DNA of 57,148 nt from a virus: the IMG/VR virus record IMGVR_UViG_3300045988_048750; one strand, 5' to 3'. This document shows positions 1 to 9,722 of this stretch, piece by piece. The position numbers and the translations under genes were made by a program. Below the pieces are notes generated by a model. The model saw only the letters and a program-made list of their open reading frames with translations. It made no database searches and was not told the DNA's origin. Each line of letters begins with the position of its first letter. Position 1 is the stretch's first letter.

Positions 1-55
1 GACAAAGCGCAGCAACAGACAGCACAACCACAGTCCAGTACCAATAAGGAAATCA
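1..55. repeat. 55-bp terminal duplication, identical to 57094-57148; marks a circularly closed/permuted genome of unit length 57,093 bp
   Basis: the first 55 nt of the window match the last 55 nt exactly. Confidence 0.9.
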
Positions 56-189
56 AATGTGAAATGGAAGCACATGCAAATAAGCCACACAATAAAGTTG
101 AAAATAACCCAACTTCCACCGAATGTGATAATCAGAGCCACCAACACTGCCAGAAATGATGTGATCATGCCTTTAATGCTATCGTCCAT
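1..189 (-). CDS. small two-TM membrane protein (MDDSIKGMITSFLAVLVALIITFGG...). The ORF runs off the window start and finishes after the wrap at 57073..57093 (...LRFVLKAAKN), about 69 aa; possible holin-like protein
   Basis: ATG at 189 with upstream GGAG; 63 in-frame codons reach position 1 with no stop; hydrophobic helices and a charged C-terminus. Confidence 0.45.
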   Translation of the reverse strand, partial: MDDSIKGMITSFLAVLVALIITFGGSWVIFNFIVWLICMCFHFTFDFLIGTGLWLCCLLLRFV

Positions 190-191
190 TA

Positions 192-3100
192 TTAATCTCC
201 AATCGCAGTAAATGCAGTAAAGTCTCCATATTCTTCAATGGAGTCGACAGCTTCATTAGCGAGTCTGTCGAAATATGAATAATCTATTGACGCCTGTTTT
301 GACGTCGCTTGCACCGTTTCCGCTTCGAGCCAACGATAGGGTACGCGTTGTGAAGCGACCATGCCGGGTTTAAGAGTTCCTCCAACGGAAAGATATCGAC
401 CATCCTTCTCACGGACGAGCACGCCTCCTCCATCTCCTTCCCGAATTGGGCAAAAGCTTCCGACGCGTCCAACAAAGCAGTAATTGTGCCCTTTCGCAAT
501 TCCTTCAACGATCTGGGCAGTGGACATGTCAGGGAATCGAAGTCGTTTTGGTTTACTGTCTCCATGTTTATCATTCCATTCTCTATTAGCAAGTTCCGTC
601 TCATATGCGGATACGTCAGGAAGATCCTCGTTCATATCCAAGTAAATAGAAGTTGTAACAGACTTGGTTACACAAAGATCCTTGAACTCAATATCCTCGT
701 GTGAGAATAGTTTCTTAAATACATAAGGAACTGCGAACTGAGCGCCAGTCACTGTCCAGCTAGGACCATGCTTCTGATTGTCACCGGGAATATGATCGAA
801 ACGCTTCTTGCACGTGATAGGATCATGGTAGTACGCGATGTAGTCAGCATCATTAATCTGACAGATACGATCGTAATATGCCTCGAAGTCAAACTTGTAA
901 CCATATTGCTTAGCATAATCAATGCAGAAATCAACAATGCTCTTGGTCGCGTTTGCAATCTTAATGGAATCCGTCTTAATTGCAACGATCTTGTAACCTC
1001 GTGCGAGAACCTCATCGTGAAGATTCTGCATGAACAACGCGCCACGGAGAGCCACAATATTGTTCTTGTTACGAGGATCACGCATCGGGTTGTCGAACGA
1101 AGCAGCAGTAAGACCATATACCGAGTTGATTGCGATCTTTAGAGCATAAGCCAACGAACTAGCCTGATCCGGATCATCCAAATATTTAGCAAGTCGACCG
1201 TCGAACAGATTCTTTGCTCGATCGTAATCGCCGTGCTTGATTGCCAAACGAGCATCAAGAATCGCTTTGAAGTTCTTGGTGTACTTACCGAAAATATTCA
1301 TCTCAATAGCCGAATGAGGGTGCAAGCTCTCAACATCGAGCAACGCTACATCATAATAAATTCCGGGATAAGACTTGATGTTTCCACCCTTGCCGACGTC
1401 TTCTCCTCGGTACATGTTGTGATACTTTTTGTCTTTGTCAGAATATACAAACTCGTATCCCTCGAATTTGTTCGAGTCTTTGTGAGTGCCATCAGTCGAA
1501 TCGCCTGTAGCCAGATCAGTGTATACCAAATCAGGATGACGCTCTTTACCAAAGATGATCTTGGTAGTTAGACTGTTAGTCGTATCATTAGTCGTACCAC
1601 CGGCAATCTCAGCCAGAATCTCTCGAGCCACAAAGTCGGACTTTCGAGCATTGAATACTGCCTCAGTAGCGAGAACATCGTCATCACAATACTCTGCGAC
1701 AGTGGTCCACATGTCTTCCGGAACCTCTTGATCCCAAGGCAATCCAATCTCGTGATGGTGAATACCAAGTTCGATCTCCCATTTCTTAAGACTTTGCTTC
1801 TTACTACAGAAGTCATAAACGTCTGTGTATGAGAGATTATAGGCTTCACCGAACATAGCGTCTCGGTTGCCGTTAATGATCTGTTGAGAACGGTGGAAGA
1901 TCTCAATATTGGACTCTCCGATAAGACGTGCATAAATAAGATGGTTGTCGTATCGGCGATTGTTGAATCCTACGAGCTTGTTCTGAACGAGATTCTCAAT
2001 ATCAGAAGGTGTCGGGTTGATCATTCGAACAACCTTTGAATCCTCACCCTCAAATTTCCAGTTAACAAGGAAGAGGTTGGGAAATACCTCGATATCGTAG
2101 AACACAAGCTTAGATCCGGTGTCTGCCAAAATCTCTCGAGTTTCCTCGGATTTGAATTTCATTTCGGCAATACGATCGAGACAATATGGAGCATGGTGAG
2201 TACTATTTGCACCAAAGCTCAGCACAGCATTTCGCATATCGCTAACATCATACTTTAGACCGGAATCGTATGCGTCATCCAAAATCTTTTTAATGAAATC
2301 GATACTAGGTTTTGTTCCAGGGTGGTACTCCTTATTCAGATTGCGCATTATAAGGGTTCGAATACCCTTTTCTGACTGCACTCCATCAAAGTCAATCACC
2401 TTCGTATCTCCTCTCAAGGGCAACCCAGATGAAATATGAGCTATCGGAACATTGTTGCATTTTGTAAGCTTACGTCGCAGAGAGCTTTTACCCGCGAACA
2501 CCTTGATTTCGATGTGATCATCATAGATTCGGCTAAGCTTAGAGGCATCCCCATCATAAATATAATGAAGGTGAATACCATTCCCGCTTTTACTGAACTC
2601 CGCATAAGTTTTAGGCCATTTGCTAGCCTCTTTGAGATTGAGTTCAGCATCCTTTTCGCCGTTCGATGAAATATCAAAATCGATTACGATGTGATTCTCA
2701 GGCACTCGTACATAATGAAGCTTCGTTGTATCGAGTTCACCAAGTTTTGTAGAGACTTTATCCCAAGCTTGCTTAGGTGTTCCGTTCTCTTTAGCATATT
2801 GAGCGATACAGTCCGAGTAATCCGTATCAAATATACTCTTGTCGGATGACAGATTCATCCACTGAGGCAAAGTCTCTTTCTCAACTTGCTTATCTAGTTT
2901 CTTAAGCTCTGGTACCTTGAACTTAGAATATAGAAAGCCTCGATACTGTCCCTCAACAATACGACCGTTTACTTCGCCAAGCTCTACAAAGTCAGAGAAG
3001 TAATTCTTAAGCTCCTCTTTGAATACTCGTCTGGAGAATGGATACTGAATCTTTGCATCGTCGCAAAAAGTCTTATACTTCTCCCAGGCGATGTTCAGAC

Positions 3101-4220
3101 TGACAGCATCCTCTCGTTTGAACTCTGTATAATTGGACACCATGAATGTGTAGAAATCATTCGTTGCACCAATCATGCTCATCGGAATGTAGTTGTCATA
3201 GTAATTCGGATCTTCCAAATATACGTCACGACAATGACACGCGATTGCTCCGAGTTCAAACTTTATTTGAGCAGTCAAAGTGCGATACTCACTTGGTTTG
3301 ATTTTCTCTCCGGTCGGTGATACATCAATAAGCCTTCGGATAATACCTGACTTAGCATCTGTGATCTTTACAGGCTTGTTAGTGCCCATAAATAAGAAGC
3401 TCTTGAAGTGATTGGCGTATGCTGTTTTGAACTTCTCATTCACCATCATTGTCTCGTGCGAAACAAGACTGTTAAGACGAGTATTGTCTTCGATTCGACT
3501 AAGATCGCCATCGTGCTGAATAGCGACAAGAGGATTAGACTTGAACGCCTCAAGGGCAAACGAGTTATTTGCAGACCCAAGAGCTCGAGCATCAAAGACA
3601 GAATAATATCCCTCAAATAATTGTTGAATGATATTAAGAACAGTCGACTTACCAGTACCAGCAGAACCATACAGTACTAGGAACTTTTGAATATGTTTCG
3701 AATCACCAGTTACGATTGATCCGATAGCCCATTCAATCTTATGTCGTTCCTCTGGAGAATATAGCGTAGACATGATCTTGTCATACGATGGGCACTCTCC
3801 TGGAGTCAGAGGGTATGGAAGCTTCTTACTTGCATAGTCTTCTTTCTTTGGATCATCATTGGCAAATATAAGCTTTTCATCCAAAGTTACATAGTTGTCC
3901 CTTAGCTGTCGTTGACAGTACTTATGCCATTTATCAATGAAGCCACTATCAGAATCCCAAATATAATTCGTACGTACAACTGCATTATATGACTCTTTAT
4001 GCTCGTTGTAATACGTACGAGTCATGTCATCAATTAAAGATATCGCACGTTGCTCGTCAGTTGACCAAAATCCAGTAGACTCATCATATATAGCATAGAA
4101 ATCACTACCACGAATCATAAGATCCGTACTCTTATTGATGAGAAACTTCGGAGATATCTCAACAGTATCTTTCTTGGGATTACGCTCGATAATTTTAACG
4201 AAATCCAACATTACATGCAA
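192..4220 (-). CDS. replicase fusion of an SF3-like P-loop ATPase/helicase, an archaeo-eukaryotic primase (prim-pol) domain and a proofreading family-B DNA polymerase
   Basis: Walker A GSAGTGKST and motif C-like FMGTN; AEP motifs IVIDFDI / KSGNGIHLHY / IYDDHIE; exonuclease motifs FYDIEVF, FNNRRYDNHLIY and YCDDDV; PolB motif A DVESLHPHS, motif B KIAINSVYGLTAASF, motif C-like IVAIKTDSI, and KKRF. Confidence 0.8.
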   Translation of the reverse strand: MHVMLDFVKIIERNPKKDTVEISPKFLINKSTDLMIRGSDFYAIYDESTGFWSTDEQRAISLIDDMTRTYYNEHKESYNAVVRTNYIWDSDSGFIDKWHKYCQRQLRDNYVTLDEKLIFANDDPKKEDYASKKLPYPLTPGECPSYDKIMSTLYSPEERHKIEWAIGSIVTGDSKHIQKFLVLYGSAGTGKSTVLNIIQQLFEGYYSVFDARALGSANNSFALEAFKSNPLVAIQHDGDLSRIEDNTRLNSLVSHETMMVNEKFKTAYANHFKSFLFMGTNKPVKITDAKSGIIRRLIDVSPTGEKIKPSEYRTLTAQIKFELGAIACHCRDVYLEDPNYYDNYIPMSMIGATNDFYTFMVSNYTEFKREDAVSLNIAWEKYKTFCDDAKIQYPFSRRVFKEELKNYFSDFVELGEVNGRIVEGQYRGFLYSKFKVPELKKLDKQVEKETLPQWMNLSSDKSIFDTDYSDCIAQYAKENGTPKQAWDKVSTKLGELDTTKLHYVRVPENHIVIDFDISSNGEKDAELNLKEASKWPKTYAEFSKSGNGIHLHYIYDGDASKLSRIYDDHIEIKVFAGKSSLRRKLTKCNNVPIAHISSGLPLRGDTKVIDFDGVQSEKGIRTLIMRNLNKEYHPGTKPSIDFIKKILDDAYDSGLKYDVSDMRNAVLSFGANSTHHAPYCLDRIAEMKFKSEETREILADTGSKLVFYDIEVFPNLFLVNWKFEGEDSKVVRMINPTPSDIENLVQNKLVGFNNRRYDNHLIYARLIGESNIEIFHRSQQIINGNRDAMFGEAYNLSYTDVYDFCSKKQSLKKWEIELGIHHHEIGLPWDQEVPEDMWTTVAEYCDDDVLATEAVFNARKSDFVAREILAEIAGGTTNDTTNSLTTKIIFGKERHPDLVYTDLATGDSTDGTHKDSNKFEGYEFVYSDKDKKYHNMYRGEDVGKGGNIKSYPGIYYDVALLDVESLHPHSAIEMNIFGKYTKNFKAILDARLAIKHGDYDRAKNLFDGRLAKYLDDPDQASSLAYALKIAINSVYGLTAASFDNPMRDPRNKNNIVALRGALFMQNLHDEVLARGYKIVAIKTDSIKIANATKSIVDFCIDYAKQYGYKFDFEAYYDRICQINDADYIAYYHDPITCKKRFDHIPGDNQKHGPSWTVTGAQFAVPYVFKKLFSHEDIEFKDLCVTKSVTTSIYLDMNEDLPDVSAYETELANREWNDKHGDSKPKRLRFPDMSTAQIVEGIAKGHNYCFVGRVGSFCPIREGDGGGVLVREKDGRYLSVGGTLKPGMVASQRVPYRWLEAETVQATSKQASIDYSYFDRLANEAVDSIEEYGDFTAFTAIGD

Positions 4221-4240
4221 TACCTCCTTTCGTTGTTATT

Positions 4241-4783
4241 CTAAAGGACTTCGCTTAGATGCCAACACATTTGATACCACAGCTCTGTCTGATTCATCGG
4301 AGCCTTCGGATATTGAACATTAAACGCACATCCAATAAGAGAATGATCGTCATAATCACGATTCAGAAAAAGATCAATAACATAATTAACCTCTTCATCA
4401 TCGTATTGGCCATCATCGTACTTACCGAGACCCATGTTAACGATCATTTCCCAGAACCATTGTCCTGTTCGATCTCCGAATTCATCATCGCTAGCAATTG
4501 AGTTTTCACAACGCTTTGCTAGAGCGATAAGGACCTCAAGAACAGAGCAACCGGAAGCATTAGGCATACATGGGATTTCCGGATAGAGATTCTGAAAAGT
4601 AGAACGTAGCTCTAGACCGTCGATCGCCCTGTTCTCGTCTCGAGGAATAAACCAGATAAATTTACGATTAAGTAGTGTGTTAAAAAGCTTGTGGTATGAA
4701 ACATGATTGGAATATGTATCATCACAGACTAGATCATATAGCCACTCCAAGTATTCGTTTTTGATCTTACGCATAAATATCAC
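4241..4783 (-). CDS. hypothetical protein
   Basis: 180-aa ORF in series with the operon; no motif recognised. Confidence 0.5.
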   Translation of the reverse strand: MIFMRKIKNEYLEWLYDLVCDDTYSNHVSYHKLFNTLLNRKFIWFIPRDENRAIDGLELRSTFQNLYPEIPCMPNASGCSVLEVLIALAKRCENSIASDDEFGDRTGQWFWEMIVNMGLGKYDDGQYDDEEVNYVIDLFLNRDYDDHSLIGCAFNVQYPKAPMNQTELWYQMCWHLSEVL

Positions 4784-5391
4784 TAATCCTCAACCGGGAT
4801 ACCGGGATAATCGTAAGACATGGGAACGATCTCGTAGTAGGCTTTTAGACGATCATTGCGTACATATAGTGTGGCATCTGGGTTTTCGCACATGTAAGGA
4901 AGAGCCATCGGTCCGACAGTGTCTTCCATGTTCTCAAGCGGAATATCCCAATCATCAGTAATAAGCTGAGAATCAAGATAGAACCGAAGCTCGATCTCAG
5001 AGTAATCAGTATCAATACCGTACTCATTACTTGGGATAATCTCAGGCTTCGCATCTACGTTCTCATCGTCGAAAATATGAACCTCTTTAACCGAGTCGGG
5101 CTCATTAGATTTAGTCAAATACCCATTGGCGTATTGAGTATAGTCAACAAAATCTTTATTATTTTCGATGGACTTATACTTCTCGTCGCTTACTGTAATA
5201 TCTTCGCCAGTATTTGCATCAGATTCTGAAAGGCTAGAATCATTATCATCCATTCCAGAAGGATCATGTCCCTCCTGCTCATCTTCCACCCATTCCAATC
5301 CGAGGTAACGAGTGGCCACCCAATATGTGGCAGCCACTCCAGATGCAAAACCGGCTACAAATACAAGACTGCTCTTAACAAAATTATTCAT
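4783..5391 (-). CDS. membrane-anchored highly acidic protein
   Basis: N-terminal TM helix (LVFVAGFASGVAATYWV), then a D/E-rich region. Confidence 0.5.
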   Translation of the reverse strand: MNNFVKSSLVFVAGFASGVAATYWVATRYLGLEWVEDEQEGHDPSGMDDNDSSLSESDANTGEDITVSDEKYKSIENNKDFVDYTQYANGYLTKSNEPDSVKEVHIFDDENVDAKPEIIPSNEYGIDTDYSEIELRFYLDSQLITDDWDIPLENMEDTVGPMALPYMCENPDATLYVRNDRLKAYYEIVPMSYDYPGIPVED

Positions 5392-5403
5392 AGCCTCTCA
5401 CCT

Positions 5404-6318
5404 TTACTTGTAATAAAGCATTCCGTCGGGATTAAACTCCAGCAACAGATCACCATCTTCGTTCGTGATAAACTCAGCCTCACGCTCGGTATTATAAGAG
5501 TTGCAACTAATATACTTCTCTACATCCTTGCTGGGAGTCCAACCGAGCATATGAGCATCCTGGCGATATCCATCTACAGGAATGCCGAGCGCCTTGTAAA
5601 TATCATCAAGCCACACATGCTCTCCACGGGACAGACAACCGTCAAACCATGCAATTTGACCCTTAACGAACGTGGCATTGAGATCCTTGTTAGATTGCCA
5701 ATTAGGATTAACAATCACAGTGCCATCAGAAAGCTCATACTGACGTTTATACCAAATATTAGTAGCACTCGCAGCACTCTCAGTAACAGTTGCCTTGGTC
5801 TTTACTACCTCACCAGTTTCCTCGTCAACTTGCTCGACTTCGACCTCTTTCGTGGTGAGACCGTAGCGCATCTTCTTATCGACTTCGTCACCATACTCAT
5901 CAATAACACGGGTACGATAGTCAGAGAATGTTGCATCGAGAGTGGAATATGCAGCAGCAAGACTGAATGCTCGACGACGCATGATTGCATTAGAACCGAT
6001 TAAACAACCGGCAGACGCCATGGCAAGCGTAACCGCAGGAGCATAGTTACGAGCGATGTTGAGGCCTGTATGAATATAAATTCCATGCTTCTTCTTACGA
6101 CGCTCCTCCTCCATTAGAGAATTATCCTTCTCGACCGCGTCAATCTCACATACGGCGTTCGTAACATCAACGCCAGTATCGAGGGTGCCAATTACAGTAT
6201 ATACAAGAGATCCGATAAGAGTGGCGATACCGGCACCCACAAGAATCTCAGGACTATTCTTCTTAATATAGAATTTAACATTTGCCATCTTAACAATGGC
6301 GTTTTCCTTAAATGACAT
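5404..6318 (-). CDS. membrane protein, member of a phage paralog family (with 6330..6944, 7404..8051 and 8287..9081)
   Basis: N-terminus and TM region align with 8287..9081 (KFYIKKNSPEILVGAGIATL vs KYLNDNSPAVLTGIGITGV); shared C-terminal motif VWLDDIYKALGIP...GW. Confidence 0.6.
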   Translation of the reverse strand: MSFKENAIVKMANVKFYIKKNSPEILVGAGIATLIGSLVYTVIGTLDTGVDVTNAVCEIDAVEKDNSLMEEERRKKKHGIYIHTGLNIARNYAPAVTLAMASAGCLIGSNAIMRRRAFSLAAAYSTLDATFSDYRTRVIDEYGDEVDKKMRYGLTTKEVEVEQVDEETGEVVKTKATVTESAASATNIWYKRQYELSDGTVIVNPNWQSNKDLNATFVKGQIAWFDGCLSRGEHVWLDDIYKALGIPVDGYRQDAHMLGWTPSKDVEKYISCNSYNTEREAEFITNEDGDLLLEFNPDGMLYYK

Positions 6319-6329
6319 AAAATATCTCC

Positions 6330-6944
6330 TTAATCGAGAGGCATGGAACGAGGAAGCTTAAGTGTGTACCCATCACGGGTCCGTTCTACTCGAGCATCAT
6401 CCAAGTTCATCCAGCCGTATTTGTTCGCTGTGTATGGTGCAGTCTTCTCACAAATCTCATAGAGAGCTTGTACGCTTACGACTCCAAAGTTATCGCATGC
6501 TTCGCGAAGGTGCTCAAGAGCAGTATCAGCATCAGATTTTCGCTCAAATACAAATCCGTCTTCGGGTCGTTGACGGACTTTTTGTACGTGACTTGTCGGG
6601 CGTCCCATACGATTGTAGTTACTGATTGACGAATATGGAATTCGATTAACTCCATTTGAAACAGAAGGCTGGTCAGATTCTCCGTAAATAAGAGTTTGCA
6701 ACACAGAAGTTACAACATTAAACAGAAGATCTCGTCCAGCCGGAATAATCAAATCGGTAATAGCATTTGCGATCGCGTCTGTAATACTCCCTTGAATAAC
6801 AGACTTACCCAAAGAGTCCATCTTGCTTTTCTTAAGCGTGACCTTACCCTTTGGAGCAGTGTAGTCAACCTTCTTCGTGTCCTGACTCACATCTTTCTTT
6901 ACGAGTGAATCACCTGTAGAGTATTCTTTGATTTCAACAGGCAT
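6330..6944 (-). CDS. hypothetical protein whose C-terminus resembles the paralog-family domain
   Basis: C-terminal VSVQALYEICEKT...YGWMNL resembles VSLNAYYINLGIS...FDW in the paralogs. Confidence 0.5.
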   Translation of the reverse strand: MPVEIKEYSTGDSLVKKDVSQDTKKVDYTAPKGKVTLKKSKMDSLGKSVIQGSITDAIANAITDLIIPAGRDLLFNVVTSVLQTLIYGESDQPSVSNGVNRIPYSSISNYNRMGRPTSHVQKVRQRPEDGFVFERKSDADTALEHLREACDNFGVVSVQALYEICEKTAPYTANKYGWMNLDDARVERTRDGYTLKLPRSMPLD

Positions 6945-6966
6945 CTATGCTCCATTCTTAGATAAA

Positions 6967-7000
6967 AAGAGAAGATAATCTGTTTAGATTATCTTCTCTT
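6967..7000 (-). terminator. rho-independent terminator: perfect 14-bp stem, 6-nt loop, T-run on the minus strand
   Basis: aagagaagataatc / gattatcttctctt, followed on the minus strand by TTTTTATC just after the stop of 7012..7329. Confidence 0.7.
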
Positions 7001-7011
7001 CGAAGTTGACC

Positions 7012-7329
7012 TTATTTGGTCTTCTCATCTTCCACGTCGTCAATAACGACATGATCGTTTGATTCTTCCGAATCCTCAGACTTCTTCGTCTTGAGCTTCG
7101 TCAGACCTTCATCAATCTTGCCCTTGACGAAGTGAGCGCCCTTCTTGACGCCCTTGATAAGTTTCGGTCCACCGACAATCACCGCAGTGGCGATGCCAGC
7201 ACCGAGCATTACCGCAGGCACCACAGAATTGCTCTCGCCCTCGTAGGGTTCGATATCCGTAATTTCCTCAGTAGTCTCAATCGGAGTCTCGTCCATGGTC
7301 TCAGTAGTCTCAACAACCTCAGTGTCCAT
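7012..7329 (-). CDS. small acidic membrane protein (MDTEVVETTE...); start moved to the internal ATG that has a strong RBS
   Basis: AAAAGGAGAAAATA precedes the ATG at 7329; the longer track ORF (to 7413) would overlap a conserved promoter-like element. Confidence 0.55.
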   Translation of the reverse strand: MDTEVVETTETMDETPIETTEEITDIEPYEGESNSVVPAVMLGAGIATAVIVGGPKLIKGVKKGAHFVKGKIDEGLTKLKTKKSEDSEESNDHVVIDDVEDEKTK

Positions 7330-7368
7330 TATTTTCTCCTTTTCTGACTCGAAGATTCCTTTTGAATC

Positions 7369-7402
7369 TCCTTCATTAAATGGTTTGCAAAATATGCGGA
7401 AG
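7369..7402 (-). promoter_or_regulatory. class I conserved promoter-like element. Minus strand: CCGCATATTTTGCAA-N4-TTTAATGAAGG
   Basis: one of at least 7 near-identical copies, all 40-70 nt upstream of small genes. Confidence 0.45.
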
Positions 7403-7403
7403 A

Positions 7404-8051
7404 TTAACCCCAAACTTCATAGTTCTGCTTCGGATACTGTTCGAAATCAACATACATGCAACGTACGCCGTCATCATTGACCAAATTGTCAAGAGTTAAT
7501 GAAATATGACTGCACTCTGGATAAGACCAATCGAAATTATACCCGATTTTAATAGGAGAAATGCCAAGATTAATGTAATATGCGTTAAGCGATACTGAAC
7601 CTTGCTCATACAACGTTTCGTTTGTTTTGTTTAAAGCTCGATTGATACGTTCAAGGTTCGAATAGAAATATCGCCCTGTGAATACGTCCTGACAGCGATA
7701 CACTTCATCCTTGTATCCTACTCCGCCGTTGGAAAAAGCATTCAGAATAGCTTTACAAGAAATAAGCATTTCATTCAGAACATACTTCACATCTGCACTT
7801 GGAGCATTCGCTACAAATTTCTTTAGATCAGAAATGTAGTCGTCTACAATTTCTCCAGCTGTAAACGGCATACGATCTTTGATAGCGGCAGGGATGTTTA
7901 GCTCTTCTTCCAAAAGCTTTCCCTCAATTTCCTCCGCCGCAAATTTTCGATATGAGATTCGTTTGTCTTCTGACAAAGAACCAAATATCGGAGTATTGTC
8001 TAGATCAGATATATACTCATGGATTAAAGATAGTTCCTTTTCGAACATCAA
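7404..8051 (-). CDS. soluble member of the paralog family (no TM); C-terminal domain shared with 8287..9081
   Basis: CQDVFTGRYFYSNLERINRALN aligns with CYDTWSGRYFKSSIPKIERAVN. Confidence 0.6.
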   Translation of the reverse strand: MMFEKELSLIHEYISDLDNTPIFGSLSEDKRISYRKFAAEEIEGKLLEEELNIPAAIKDRMPFTAGEIVDDYISDLKKFVANAPSADVKYVLNEMLISCKAILNAFSNGGVGYKDEVYRCQDVFTGRYFYSNLERINRALNKTNETLYEQGSVSLNAYYINLGISPIKIGYNFDWSYPECSHISLTLDNLVNDDGVRCMYVDFEQYPKQNYEVWG

Positions 8052-8286
8052 CAGCTCCTCAAAATATAAAGGAAGAGCCGTTGACCGACCCTTCCTTTAA
8101 TCTAGTTCTGGTGCTCTTCAAGAGCTTTAGTTACTTGCTCTTTGACTTTCTCATCGAGCTGCTTTTGCGCGATGATTCCGCTGCCAATTTGAGCAACGAG
8201 ACCAAGCACCGTAAATACAGCCGAAGCAAGTCCAAGAAGCTTTCCTCCTTCATTCATGAAAGCACCTCCTTTCACTAAAGAACTTG

Positions 8287-9081
8287 CTAAAGCTGCGTAT
8301 AAGTTGCAATAGGCTCCGTGTTGTAATTAAGGACAATGCACGGACTATCGTTGTCAGCTACCTGAGCTGAGAAATATACATTCAGCTTATGATCGGTATT
8401 CCATCCACAATTATCCCCGCATTTGATTTCAGGAAGATTGAGGAGGAAATAGAAATCATTAAGACTTGCGCACATATCCTGAATGCACTCATAGTTGATC
8501 TCATTCACAGCACGCTCGATCTTAGGAATAGACGATTTGAAATATCGACCGGACCACGTGTCATAGCACAGCGTGTCTCCGTTGTCGACCACAACCTCAG
8601 AATTGGAGAGTGGGTCATCGTTGATCTTCTTCTCAGAAATACGGTCAACGATTTCGTGCTCTTTCTTTTCTCCGAGTTTCTTTACGACTTCGTTCTTGTA
8701 GGTATTGAACTCGTTGGACGTTATCGCATAAAGTGTAGCCAGTGCTGCGTTACGTTTCGTGTTAATCGACTGAGCACCAACGAAACATGCGATAGACATA
8801 CCACCGATAGCAATTGACGGAATATAATACTTGATTCCGGTTGCAATGGTCTTAGGGGTTCCGAGAGCTTCCTTAGCATCTACGAAATCCAAACCCTCAG
8901 TCTGAAGTTCGTTCTCCGCTTTCTCTACAACAGCATCCATTGCTTCTGGAGTCTTTTCTACGGCTTTAACAACCGCACAAATAACCCCTGTAATTCCGAT
9001 TCCAGTAAGTACTGCTGGTGAATTATCATTAAGATACTTCACACCTTTCTTTACGAAATCGTTTACACGAGACAAGTTCAT
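8287..9081 (-). CDS. membrane protein of the paralog family
   Basis: two TM segments; aligns with 5404..6318 (N-terminus) and 7404..8051 (C-terminus). Confidence 0.6.
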   Translation of the reverse strand: MNLSRVNDFVKKGVKYLNDNSPAVLTGIGITGVICAVVKAVEKTPEAMDAVVEKAENELQTEGLDFVDAKEALGTPKTIATGIKYYIPSIAIGGMSIACFVGAQSINTKRNAALATLYAITSNEFNTYKNEVVKKLGEKKEHEIVDRISEKKINDDPLSNSEVVVDNGDTLCYDTWSGRYFKSSIPKIERAVNEINYECIQDMCASLNDFYFLLNLPEIKCGDNCGWNTDHKLNVYFSAQVADNDSPCIVLNYNTEPIATYTQL

Positions 9082-9123
9082 GTTAATCCTTTCAAAAATA
9101 GGCCGAACTTAAGAGGAATTGTA

Positions 9124-9156
9124 CTCCTCCATAATAGGGTCTGCAAAATATGCGGC
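9124..9156 (-). promoter_or_regulatory. class I promoter-like element, variant TATTATGGAGG
   Basis: tgcaaaatatgcgg at 9143-9156, upstream of gene 8287..9081. Confidence 0.45.
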
Positions 9157-9416
9157 TAATCAGCTACATCATTATAAGCTTCATGCATAAGGACGTCAAG
9201 CTTGTACTTTTTGACAAGGACCATCGTTCCTGGTTCATCGATAGGGATACGGGTGTTCTTCTTTGTGGCGATAGACGCCCAGTATTTATCCTTTTCCGCA
9301 TTCCATCCTACGAGCTTTTTGAACGGTGGCTCATTGATAGTCGCAAGCATGCCGATAACTTTTGAACTGTTATACGACTCGAATAATGGTGAAATCGATA
9401 CAACGGGCTCGTCCAT
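9156..9416 (-). CDS. hypothetical protein
   Basis: 86-aa ORF, same strand, compact spacing. Confidence 0.45.
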   Translation of the reverse strand: MDEPVVSISPLFESYNSSKVIGMLATINEPPFKKLVGWNAEKDKYWASIATKKNTRIPIDEPGTMVLVKKYKLDVLMHEAYNDVAD

Positions 9417-9722
9417 TTATTCCTCTTCCTGAGTAAGAGACATGAAGAACTCGAGAGAACTCATGTCTGATTTAACGATCTGAATAACCTGCGGGAGATC
9501 AAGATCATCGACTGTAAAGAAATGTCCTTCTGGGATCAAAATATACATAGCCTTACCATTGACAAAATCGTCATGATTTTCCATACGATCGATCAACTCT
9601 TTTGATTTACCTTCCAGTACAGTTTTATCTCCTAGCAGCTTCCGGTCCTTTGAAAAATAGATGAACGATCCACTACGAGGATACTCTTCCCAATATTCGT
9701 GATCTACAATAATCGTGCGCAT
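9417..9722 (-). CDS. hypothetical protein
   Basis: 101-aa ORF; its start abuts the upstream stop. Confidence 0.5.
   Translation of the reverse strand: MRTIIVDHEYWEEYPRSGSFIYFSKDRKLLGDKTVLEGKSKELIDRMENHDDFVNGKAMYILIPEGHFFTVDDLDLPQVIQIVKSDMSSLEFFMSLTQEEE

Noticed and set aside
2340-2366. tRNA T-arm-like sequence aagggttcgaataccctt
   Set aside because: No matching acceptor stem or anticodon arm upstream; it lies inside the polymerase coding sequence.
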